From the NCBI GenBank assembly GCA_010909165.1, contig MU008155.1:248001-312000 (forward strand): a DNA stretch of 64,000 bases, read 5' to 3'. Below the pieces are notes generated by a model. The model saw only the letters and a list, made by a program, of their open reading frames with translations. It had not been told where the DNA came from and made no database searches. Shown in pieces: positions 11,183 to 22,600 of this stretch. The stretch comes from Anthoceros angustus. Taxonomy: Eukaryota; Plantae; Anthocerotophyta. Every line of letters starts with the position of its first letter. Position 1 is the stretch's first letter. Both the position numbers and the translations under genes were made by a program.

Positions 11183-13494
11183 GGCCGCAGTCTTGAGTGC
11201 AATTCTTGACCCACCCATGTTGCTGTGTGATGAGACTGCTCCATGATGGAACAGTGAACCCACGCAAGCTTAGTGCGGTGGTCCATAGTCTTCTTCATCC
11301 TCACTTGGCATAGGAACAAGTGCGGCTGCTCCTCTGAGCTTGGACGCTGCAGCTGAGGCACCAGAGTTAAGGCTAGCAATGAGTGTACCCATCTGCGTGG
11401 TGAGGCTGCAATGGATGCCTCCAGGCGACCTTATCAGCACTTGCAGCCACCTTGGCCTTTGCCTTGTCACGCTGCTGCTTGCGTGAAACTCCAGTGCGCC
11501 GCTGATGAGGCACTGGCAGAAACTGTGTTAGTGCCCTTTTCGTCATTGGAAGCTCCTCCCGCTGGCTCCGGCTCCGGATGCTTTTGGAAGCACTGCGTTT
11601 CAAGGTGGCCCGTCTTGTGGCAATGGGAGCACACTAGTCCCTCTGGGGACACTTGCACGCTGGTGCCATGTGCTCGGGACTCCCAGCGATTACATGTGCC
11701 TTCCACAGTCGCTGCAGCACCTGCTTAGCCGGTTTAGCCTGGTTACTCCGACTGATCCTGAGGTCCGCCCCAGTGATCACCCCTTTGCTGCTGAACATGG
11801 TCTGGTAGTGGTGAATGCCTTGGAATGCCGGGAGGCATAGGCGAAAAGGCAATTTCCTTGCGCTCTGCCTCCTCGTGCACCTGTTCAAGGGTGTACCGGT
11901 CTCCGTACTTGTCCACCAGAGAGGTGACAAGCTGGAAATGGAACAAGGAGTCCCTTCCAGCGCTGTAAGGAACTTCTCCGCGCCTCCTGATCTGTGAGCA
12001 TTCCGGTCCCTTCACGCAACCTCGGAAGGTCATCTCGGACTGATCCTGAGGTCCGCCCCAGCAGTCACCCCTTTGCTGCTGAACATGGTCTGGTAGTGGT
12101 GAATGCCTTGGAATGCCGGGAGGCATAGGCAGAAAAGGCAATTTCCTTGCGCTCTGCCTCCTCGTGCACCTGTTCAAGGGTGTACCGGTCTCCGTACTTG
12201 TCCACCAGAGGTGACAAGCTGGAAATGGAACAAGGAGTCCCTTCCAGCGCTGTAAGGAACTTCTCCGCTGCCTCCTGATCTGTGAGCATTCCGGTCCCTT
12301 CACGCAACTTCTGCAGCCTCCGGAAGGTCATCTGGACTGTCTCCCCTTTCTTGCGCGCAAAGCTAGCAAGCTCACCGATTTTCTCCGGCGTCTTGAGTGG
12401 AAACGCCTTCTCCAGAATCTGCAGAAACTCCTCCACCGGATTGGCATGTTTGGGCGTGTGAATGAACTCATCCACTCCCAAAGTGGCCGCTGTTCTTCTC
12501 CTGCAGTCAAGCTGGTGACTGTGGGTGGAGGCTCTGTGGGCAGATCCATCAGCGATCCCAGCCTGATGCGCAATGATCCCGAGGCCAACTTTGCATTGTA
12601 GGCCAGCTGCAACGCATTCTGAAAGATCGGGTTAGGAGTGGCTGCTGTGGACAGCAACTCAACCTGGTGGACCTCATACAAATCCAGCGCTTCATCATCA
12701 AGTAGCTGGACAACTGCTCGAACATGTACGATGATTGTCGCGTTCCATGCTTGAACTTCACTCGGCTGATCATGCTGTTGACAAAGCGCTTGAAGTCCGC
12801 AATGGTTGTGTACCAGGCCTTCCTGAAAAGCGCTCCTGTAAGAGGTTCCTCCTCCCTCCATAGCGTCTGAATCTTGGATAGATCTTGGTCCAAGTGGAGT
12901 TGGAGTTGAGACTGTCCCAGTATGGTTGAGCCTGGGACTGTGTAGCACTTGGGACTGTCCCAAGTGTGGGTGCCCAGGACTGTCCCAAGTGTGGTGCCCC
13001 TGGGATCCCAGTATAGGTGCCAGGGTGCCCAAGTATGGTGCCCTGGGACTGTCCCAGTATGGGTGCCCCTGGGACTGTCAGTATAGGTGTTCTGGGACTG
13101 TCCCAGTAGGGTGCCCCTGGGACTGTCCGAATATGGGTACTTGGGACTGTCCCGAGGATGGCCGCGCTTGGGACTGTCCCAGCTGTAGCTGCGCTTGGGA
13201 CTGTCCCGAGTATGGACGGGCCTCCTCCTCCTCGGAATCAAGGTTGTCCCACACCAGCGATGTAGGGAGCTCGGTCAAGGGAGACCAGCTGTCCACAGAT
13301 CTTGAGGTAGAGGGTGGTGTCCCGGGCCTGATGTTATCCTCCACCTCCTCTACCCAATGCTGTTGTCGCCTTGCTGTCCTCCTCCTCCTAGGGCAGGCGC
13401 TCGGGGTGACTCGGCTGGAAATGTGGCGAGTTCGAAGCCTGTAGCGTGGGCTTGTATCCTCCTCCTCAGTGCATCCCCATGAAAGCACGTACAA
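11183..13494 (-). pseudogene. gag fragment of a different retroelement, interrupted by element A
   Basis: CCHC knuckle CSHCHKTGHLETQC near 11.6 kb, a capsid-like helical region (VEEFLQILEKAFPLKTPEKIGELASF) and N-terminal GQSQ repeats. Contains an internal duplication of about 310 bp (11740-12300). Confidence 0.7.
12910..13208. repeat. Cluster of about 10-12 copies of the quasi-palindrome GGGACTGTCCC at about 24-27 bp spacing
   Basis: Directly visible. Translates on the minus strand as (L/S)GQSQ repeats in the gag frame. Confidence 0.85.
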
Positions 13495-14740
13495 GAAAAG
13501 GGATCAGCTAGCTAGGCTGGAAGAAAAAGCACCAAGCCAACTGCAGACTAAGAGCCAGCTAAGATGTGACAGAAAATCTAAGACGTCAGCCTTAGGACCA
13601 CCGTGAATGAGAAGACCGGAAATGCTCAAGCAATCCCTCTATTCCCACCTAAAACAAGCGATCTAGGCTACGTGTGAGAATGCCAAGGCGCAAGGACTTG
13701 GGACTCTGCTAGCAGATCGGTCCAAGACACAAAGCTTGAAACCCACTTAGGTTAATCCCGGCAAAGGGGTCTAAATGATTTGGCTAAACACTTGATCTCA
13801 CGATCCGTGTCCTTCCAATAAGTCGCTCTCGAGGCGGATCGAATCGCAATGCCCTCCTTCTCCCGAATCAAAATGGCGAGGCTCAATGTGAATGTCGGAC
13901 TTTCTGCAGGCTCTAATGTGGCGGCTGCTCACTTCTCAGGTCAAGGCTGTTGTGGTGCTCGATCCTGCGCTTGTCGGGATCTGCTTGCTGTGTTCTGGGC
14001 CTCCACGGCTCCCACGCTCAGCTCTCCAGAACTCGCAATCCTTGGTTGTTGAAGTAAGAAATCGCGCCTGCTGTTGAACAGCATCGCTGCTGTTGAATGT
14101 AGCGGGCCTCACACGATTGTGAGGCTGGCGGTCTGGAAATCGCGCCCACACGCTGCGGATCGCCCTCACAAGTTCGATCCCAAGGAAAACATCACACATT
14201 CCACACAAAATTCCCAGAATTGCAATGCTTCCTTCTCCTTACAGCGCTCTGGCGCGACTTCAACAACACCTACAATGGGCGCCCTCCTCCTTTTGTCAGC
14301 GTCCATCTCAATCTCCACGCTCAGATTCACTTGGCGGTTGGTCCCTTGCTTGCCCATGATTTCTACAGCCTCAGCACCCTTGGTGTGAGTCATCATGGGT
14401 GTCCTTCACCTGCAGCACTTCTAGGGTACCTCTACGGCCAACCTAGGTCAACTCCTAGGTGTTGTTAATGAAACAAACCCTAACTAAACACACCTGAAAC
14501 AAATGGGAATGTGTTAGTTTGGTTGGTCAAATATATGTACCCTTCAAGCAAATATCCTAGCCTATTTCAACAAAAGGAAAATATGGCTAAGGTAAGTAAG
14601 TAGTAGGTCCTAAGATGCCTCAAGTTGCTCGGGGTGAGAGTGTCCCGGACGTTGGGCTGAGTGAGTCCGGGGACGTCGGGTGGGAGGAATCCGGGGCCTT
14701 GCCCGAGCCCACCTCTAGTCACCCTACACATCCGCTGTCT

Positions 14741-15366
14741 CTAAGCTGTTGTTTGCACGACAACTATCAACATGGGACCTTTGGAAGATAGACCTGATTT
14801 GAGGAAGGAGCTTGGTGAATTCTTGAGAACCTTGAGGGATGAGGGGGAATGCGGCGGTCTCACTTCCTCGTGTCGTGACGACGATGAATCTTCAGGCGGT
14901 TGAGGCGGATGATCGGCGGGAGACTGCTGCTTCGTCAGCCTCTCCTTACGCTTCTCATTGACCATCTTGTGCACTCTCTAGTCACTCGGAGGAATGGACT
15001 ATGCTCTGATACTACTAGAGTAACACCCCTCACTGCGCAGCTAGTAAGGAAGCGACAAGTGCTGGCTTCTCAGCGGTCTAGGACCTCGCCAATTCACTCC
15101 ACAAGAGACTTGCACGATTCTCAGCGCTCTCAACCTCACAACACAAAGACTAGGCTCCGTAGCCCAGCAGTCGCGGCCGACTCGCGGGCCACCTCCTCGA
15201 GGTCTTGCTCTTTATTGCAAGAATACAACGATGGAATCGGCTATCGCCCAACGGCTACACGCCTTGATTCCATGACAAGCTCACTAGCCTGACTCTCTCA
15301 ACACAAGGCTTGCACGGTTTAGGCATTGCTCTCTCAAAGAGTGAGTCCCACTTGTAATTTGTTCCT
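14741..15366 (-). mobile_element. Truncated 5' end of a second chromovirus-like element (PBS, gag start, LTR fragment)
   Basis: CTATGCTCTGATACTA (Met-type PBS, 14999-15014) followed by AGTAACACCC at 15019, the same arrangement as 24371-24397. The outer end is tentative (TTTGTTCCT, 15358-15366). Confidence 0.55.
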
Positions 15367-15409
15367 CAAAGCCCTTCTGCGGGCCTCATTCTAAATTCTC
15401 GAATTTGCG

Positions 15410-16420
15410 CCCCTCTTGTCAATCAATGCCCCTCTTGTCCAACCCATCTTGAGGCATAATTCAACTAGACCACCTCAACTCATTGGAAGCAGACTTTCGA
15501 GGTTAGCATTGATTGGACAAGGAAGTTCATGAAAAAGGAACTCTCGTGGTCCTATCGAGCATGTACTACTGCAACTTCTGAGCTCCCGGAGACTTGGGAA
15601 GATGAAGGAAGGATGATGCCATATAGAGTAGCTTACCTCTCAAGAGCTTATAATATTCCATCGGAACTAGTTATCAATAGTGATCAAACGAGAATCCATT
15701 TGGTTCCTACAAAGGGAGAACGCACATGGGAGGTTAAAGGGACAAAAGATATCAAGGTGCTTGGGGTAGAGGACAAGAGGCAAATTATAGCGATGGTATC
15801 TTCATCATGATGAGTTACCTACCACTCCAAATCATCTTCAGAACAACAAGTAGGTTAGTACCCAAAGCTCATAGTGGTGCCAAGCTATGTGGAGAAGGAT
15901 TTCATTTAACATAAATACCACTCATTGGTCTACACGAGTCATCAAGGCATTTGTGAAGAAATTTTGATCCTCTACTATGAAAAAGGCTAGAAATCTTGAG
16001 GCTAGCCACAAGGCAAGATGATTTGGATTATAGATTGCTAGAGTGTTCACAAAAGCAAGGAATTACTAGACTGGCTGACAAGTACTTACCCTTTAACATG
16101 TGTGATCTTCATTTCTGCTAGGTGCACTAGCAAGTTGCAACCTGCGATGTAATCCTTCAGCGCCCTTTGAAGCATGCTTTCAAACAAGAATTCTGCAAGT
16201 GGATAGCCACTGCTATTCAAGAGAAACTCAAGGAAGAAGGAAAAACAGCTATTAATCTCAAACTGAAAAACTTGAAGCCCAAGGTGTGTGAATGATTATT
16301 CAATGCATGGATACATGTTTCAAATATGCAAGATATGATTAGACATGGATGGGAGAAGACAAGTATTCTAAGAGCATTCAACCTATATTTTCGGGATAGA
16401 GGCAATGGAAGCAAACACGA
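15410..16420 (+). pseudogene. pogo/Tc1-mariner-like DDE transposase remnant
   Basis: FEVSIDWTRKF, VINSDQTRIHLVP, EDKRQI, W.ID..SVHKS and CTSKLQP.DVILQRPLKH motifs; contains stops and frameshifts. Confidence 0.8.
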
Positions 16421-17884
16421 CAACATCCTTATTTTCTAGAACAATTGAAGACATAGAAGAAGGGCATGAATTTGAAAGAGAAGGAGATGATGAAGACTAC
16501 TTATAAGTAGTGAATGTGGTGAAGGAATGTTTGGCTACGCAGGCTTCAACAAGTGGATCAACACCAACATACAGCAAAAACAAAGCTAGAATGAAACAAT
16601 TAGCTAGGAAGAATAAACATCTACAAGATCTTTGGAACAATAATGAAAGCCTGGTAAATAGCCATGGGAATGAGACTAACTAGGGTTCCTAGGGACTGAC
16701 CCTAACTAGGGAAACCCTAGCCATGTTTACTAATTTTAATTAATTAACGTCGAATCACCCCTCGGGGTACGAACCTAGGTATTGTTATGACCGAGTTGTA
16801 CACCTAGTGTGACATGTAATTCGTCTACTGTAATCAAATATATACTTATGTATATTCCTAAATATAAAATAATTTTTAATTAGGAGTCATTACTCGGTGC
16901 TAGATTGCTTTAGTCCTATGATAGTCTCTTTATCCATGGTCACTTGAAGAGCAGCAGACTATCTACATAGTTTAAGACGTTTGCATAATTATCGGTATTG
17001 TGTCATTACTTTGTCATTTAGGAACTCTCTTATAAAAATGAATATAAGCCAACATTGCAACTCGATCTAATTTGATAGAAGTTGGTTTCTCAATCTAATT
17101 CAATGTTCATAGTCGCAATACAAAGTGATTATAAATGGAATTCTACCCAAATTGCAATACCAATAATTATGCAAACGTCTTAATAATTTGGATAAAATAA
17201 AAATAAAAAAAGTAAAAAACGTACAAAATTACTATAATAAGTTACTTACTAATAACATGTTGAACTTGATTGTTATTGACAAACTAAATCAAGTAGCATG
17301 TTACTTGATCAAACATATTACTTGATTAAGCATGTTACTTGATTAAGCTTAAAACCATCAAGCAATGATATATATATATATCATGATATTTATATGAGCT
17401 TGTTATATGCATGTGGAAAGAAGACTTTATTATAAAAGAGATGGGAAAAACCCATCCACCCCAAAAACAAAGGGAAAAACCCGAAGGCACCATGTCAAGG
17501 GACTAGGCTCCACGATCACACATTTCAAACCTACCAACCGTCCAAAGAACTTCGTGGTCAGGGATGTAAAAAGACCTACTTACCACCGGTGTCGAAGAAG
17601 CTGCATCTCCCCCGCTCGTTGTCGTTCTGTAAACTACGTTGGCCAATGCCCTTTGCATAGGTTGGGCGGCAGAAGGGTACGCGATCGGTTACAACCACAT
17701 CAACAATCGAAACCTGATCCCCCGGGTCAAAAATAGATCAGCCCTAAACGAAACCCCGTTGAGCAGGGTGTACGATGATGAACCTGTGAGACACAACATA
17801 ATCGCGAGGTCTTAAGTAAAAATCTAAGATTGTGACTTTTAAGTAAAGGTAAGCAAAATCTAACTTTGATGAAGTATGCAAATG

Positions 17885-18644
17885 GCTTAGGCCAAACAAA
17901 TGGACACACATTTTCTAACATAGATGAAGTATCTAGAGGGCTTTGGCTTAATGGCTTGGGCCAAATGGACACACATTTTTTAAATTAGATGAAGTATCCG
18001 GATGGCACAAAAGGAAACACATTTTCTAACTTAGATGAAGTATCTAGATGAAGAAGAAGAAGAAGAATTTTATTTAAGTCCACTAAGGATGGATTTCAGT
18101 CATGGGACTTAGTACTTAACAACTTGTACCATGGTGTGCCTAAGAAGAATTTTATTTCAGTGCACTAAGGACGGATTTCCGTCATGGGACTTGGTTCTTA
18201 ACAACTTGTACCATGGTGTGCCTAAGAAGAATTTTATTTAAGTCCACTAAGGCAGTTTCCATCATGGGACTTGGTACTTAACAACTTGTACCATGGTGTG
18301 CCTAAGAAGAATTTTATTTAAGTCCACTAAGGACGGATTCGTCATGGGACTTGGTACTTAACAACTTGTACCATGGTGTGCCTAAGGTACTTGCACCAAG
18401 AGCATCCACTCCCTTTAGGCACCCCATCTAAGTACCGATCTAAGCTCACGATGCTTAATCACGGCGTTCTGATAAATGTGTGTCCATTTGGCCTACTTGG
18501 TACTTAATTACTTATACCATGGTGTGCCTAAGGTACTTGCACCAAGAGCATCCACTCCCTTTAGGCACCCCATCTAAGTACCGATCTAAGCTCATGATGC
18601 TTAATCACGGCGTTCTTATAAATGTGTGTCCATTTGGCCTAAGC
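17885..18644. mobile_element. TIR-bounded non-autonomous element (MITE-like), copy 1, with internal tandem arrays
   Basis: Left end GCTTAGGCCAAA(CAAA)TGGACACAC, right end GTGTGTCCATTTGGCCTAAGC. No ORF. Confidence 0.55.
18063..18386 (+). repeat. Four tandem copies of an 80-82 bp unit (AAGAATTTTATTTAAGTCCACTAAGG...CCATGGTGTGCCTAAG)
   Basis: Unit starts at 18063, 18145, 18227 and 18307. A further copy lies at about 25027-25110. Confidence 0.9.
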
Positions 18645-18934
18645 TAGATGGCTTAGGCCAAATGGACACATATTTATAAGATCATTATTATTAAGCATCA
18701 TGGACACATATCTATAAGAAGTTATTGTTAAGTATCATGGACACACGTTTATAAGAATGTTATTTTTAAGCATTATGCACTTTGATCCATACTTGGATAC
18801 GATGTGAAGAGGGAGTGGATGCTTGGTGCTAGCATCTTAGGCACACCATGATACAAGTTGTCCAAGTACCAAGTTCTAGGACGGAAATAAATTCCGTCCT
18901 TTTAAAGTAAAAGCATTTTCCCACGCAGGTCGTA

Positions 18935-18962
18935 TGCGGTGAGCGTGGATCGAACACGCGAC

Positions 18963-18994
<32 letters not shown>

Positions 18995-18999
18995 CCCGC
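18935..18999 (-). tRNA. tRNA-Phe(GAA), nuclear plant type, lacking 8 nt (ATCTGAAG) after the anticodon
   Basis: Minus strand reads GCGGGGATAGCTCAGTTGGGAGAGCGTCAGACTGAAG-GTCGCGTGTTCGATCCACGCTCACCGCA. A- and B-boxes are intact and T-runs follow downstream. Confidence 0.9.
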
Positions 19000-19120
19000 T
19001 GTCATTGCAATTACAGTCCTAATATATTATATTAAATAGTTGGATTAGAAAGCAAATTTTCTTTTCTGTGCTATCCCCGCCACATAAACTAAATTTCATT
19101 TTGTGTTTTAGTATCCCATT

Positions 19121-19697
19121 AGTAACACCCCCTCAACGGGGTGGGGAATACCACGCAGTTAGAAGTAAAACCAAAGTAATAAATCAACAGACCTGACTAG
19201 GCCTCCAAGTAGCCGCCCTCCTCTTCTGGGAGGACTCATGAGACTCTTGCAGCTGCTCTTTATTCTTAGATCACGAGTCAACAAGAACATACAATGGAGG
19301 GCTAGAGAGAACTCCCCATCTTTGCCTAAGCTAGGAGCTTAGCTCTCTCTTCACTTGACCTCCTCCCAAAGCTCCTTCACGGCCTCCCCTTAGTGCTTCA
19401 CAAGTGCTCTCAAGGCAGCCCAAGCATCAAGTGCTCTCAAGGCATGCCCAAGCAACAAGTGCTCTCAAGGCAGCCCAAGCAACAAGTGCTCTCAAGGTTC
19501 GCTCTTTAGCCCAGGCGAGGTCTCCTTTATACTCAAGCCCTAGCTACAATCTTAGTAACTACTTACTTAAGCTTTAAGCTATTATTTACTACCACACACT
19601 TCCTAGGGCTGCATGCTTAACATGCTCTTAGTAAGCTCTTCTAAACATGCCTCTGCATGGAGCTTTCTTACAAAGCACTCAAGCCGACTTTGTTACT
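19121..19697 (-). repeat. 3' LTR of the chromovirus (577 bp), termini AGTAACA...TGTTACT
   Basis: Direct repeat of 24388-24973; contains internal CAAGCAACAAGTGCTCTCAAGG repeats. Confidence 0.9.
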
Positions 19698-22600
19698 TCC
19701 TCCCCACTAGGAAGAATCACGCCTCGGTGATAACCCGTGTAACGAGCAATCATCCAGAGCCTTTCGGATATCCTCTAATGTTACCCAAAGCGGTATTGAG
19801 ATCCACGCAACTTTACCATGTATTGTGGTAGAGTTCCACGTCTTAGCCACGCTACCTTGCAAGGAATTCTTCAATCTCCATGATCCTTGATCATCTTGCG
19901 AGGATCGTACTTCTTCCTGTCCATGTCCTCTTTCTCTTTGCCTGGCACAAATGGCTTCAGCATTGATACATGAAACACATTGTGTGCAAAAATCCAGTCA
20001 GGCAAGTCCAGCTTATAAGCGACTTCTCCAATGCGCTTCAAGACAACATAAGGACCTCCATACTTCGGCCTCAACTTTAGAGACAAACCTTGGGGCAGTG
20101 TGAAATGCTTCAATTTCACCCAAACCTTATCCCCAGTATTGAAGACAGTTTCTCTCCTTATCGATATCTCTTGGCGTGCTTGAGCCTTGGCTAATATCTT
20201 TTGGCAATCTCATGCCTAGCCTTCAAGCCTCAACAAATTGGCGTGGATCTCTGTGGTAGTATCGAAAACTTCAGCATTTAGCATGGATACTACATCCGGT
20301 GAGTTCCACTCATCTCAAAGGGACTATATCCCAGGAGCTATGTACGTGTTATTGTAACAAAACTCGCATCATCAAGATGATCAATCTCTCGATCAATGCA
20401 CATAGTGCCTCAAGTATTCTTCTTGGATTCGGTTGACTCGCTCATTGAGCCATCGATGTCTGGATGGTATGCGTACTCATGCATAATCGCACATTCAAAC
20501 TTCTCATCAAGTCTGCCAAAATTCTCCGTGAATCTTGGATCTCTATCACTCACAATGCCTGCGGGCAAGCCATGATACTTGTATACATACTTCTTGAACA
20601 AGTTGGCTGCCTCGAGCTCACTCGCTTCTTGGTGGGATGAAGTGCTTGTTTGGTGAACCTATCCACCACCGTCATGATAGTAGTAACCATTCTTTGGGAG
20701 GCAAAGGCATGATGAAGTCCATAGAAATACTTTTCCATGGCCCTCTTGGAATAGGTAGGGGCTGTAACAAACCTCTTGGTTTAGCCTGTTCTACCTTATT
20801 CTGCTGACAAACAGCACACGCGTTGACATAGTCTAATGTATCTTGATACATTCCTCGATAAAGCGACTTCTTCAACTTCTCATAAGTTGAATCACCTCCA
20901 CTGACGCAGCACATCATGACATTGAAAGCAACTTCTTCTTCAAGCCTACGAGTTAGGAATCACAACTCTCTTGTTTGTATATCAACAAACCATCTCGAGT
21001 TTGAACTTGCTTCCTTTCTCGCCACCCCATTCATCCGATCGCACTTGGATCTTGCGAGATAAGCTTCCTTAATCTCTTTGTGAGTATCCACAGGCTCAAT
21101 CACACTTGCCATTGCCTTATCCTGGCGACAAAAGACACATGCCTTGACATAGTCTAATGTATCTTGATACATTCCTCGATAAAACACTTCAACTTCTCAT
21201 AAGTTGAATCACCTCCACGGTGACGCACTTGGCACATCATGACATTCAAGTAACTTCTTCTTCAAGCCTACGAGTTAGGAATCACAACTCTCTTACATTT
21301 GTATATCAACAAACCATCTACGAGTTTGAACTTGCTTCCTTTCTCGCCACCCCATTCATCCGATCCACGCCGGATCTTGCGGATAAGCTTCCTTAATCTC
21401 TTTGTGAGTATCCAGGCTCAATCACACTTGCCATTGCCTTGATCCTTGACTCTTTTGCGACTCAACGATCAACCTTATTCTCCTTTCCGGTTTGTATTTA
21501 GTCACATCATACATAGCTAGGAATCACGCCATCTAGCTTGTCTGCATTCAACTTCTGGTTGGAAGTATGTTGTCGATATTATCGATATAGCACAAAAGAC
21601 CTACCAAGAGATAGTGCCTCCAAGCCTTGACAATGAATGGCGGCGGTCATTTCCTTCTCATAGGTGGGATACTTCATCTCATAAGGATGCAACTTCCTTG
21701 ACTCAAAAGCTAATGGCTTTTGGTCACATCAAAACTCCACCTATAGCCATGTCCGAGGCATCACAATACACTTCTACATCTTTCTTGGGGTCATACATTC
21801 CCAACAGGAGTAGTACTCAACTTCTCTTCAAGTATTCAAAGGTGCTTGACAATCAGATCCCACTTCCAAGCTTTTGATGTCTTCAAGAGGTCGATTATGG
21901 GGCTGCTATCTTAGCAAACATATGTACAAACCTCACATACCACGAAGCCAAACCCATAAAGCTCGTACCTCATGAATGTTAGGAGGTGCCAATCTTGAAT
22001 GGCTTTAACTTTATCGGGATCCATCACGATGCCCTCGAGAGACAATAAAACCTAAGAATGGAATCTCTGTCTTGGAAATCACACTTCTTGATTGCCAAGA
22101 ACAAAGAATTCTCTCTTAGCTTTTGTAACACTTCTCTTAAGTGTTGACATGTTCCTCAAGGTATGGCTAAAGATCAAAATGTCATCCGGATAGATTACAA
22201 CACACTTGTCCACGGATCTATGAATATAGTATTCATAAGTGTATCGAAATGTGGCGGTGCATTAGTAAGTCCAAATGGCATGACCAAATTCAAAAGCCCC
22301 ATACAGTCCTACAAATGTTTTGTACTCATGCCCTCGGCAATCACGATCGATAGTACCACCGCCATCGGATCCACTTGGTGAAATACTTGGCACCCTTCAA
22401 CTCAACATATCATCCATTCTAGGCAAAGGATATGCATTCTTGATTGTAATCGATTCGAGCTCGTAATCCACATGTCCTCCATTCTTTTTGCGCGTGAACA
22501 ATACAGGCGCACCAAAAGGAGACTTAGAAACTCTGACATATCCCTTTGCCAGCGGTTGGATAGTTGTCGCTTGAGTTCTTGCAACTCATCCTGACAATCT

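Noticed and set aside
12910-13208. Regularly spaced palindromic 11-mers resembling a CRISPR array
   Set aside because: The repeat is only 11 bp, the spacers are about 13-16 bp and similar to each other, it lies within a gag reading frame, and there are no cas genes in this eukaryotic context.
13500-14740. LTR-like/TE-like sequence between the gag fragment and the chromovirus-like fragment
   Set aside because: No partner repeat, PBS or recognisable protein motif; left uncalled.
16680-16722. TAGGGTT/AAACCCTA telomere-like words
   Set aside because: Isolated copies in mixed orientation, not an array.
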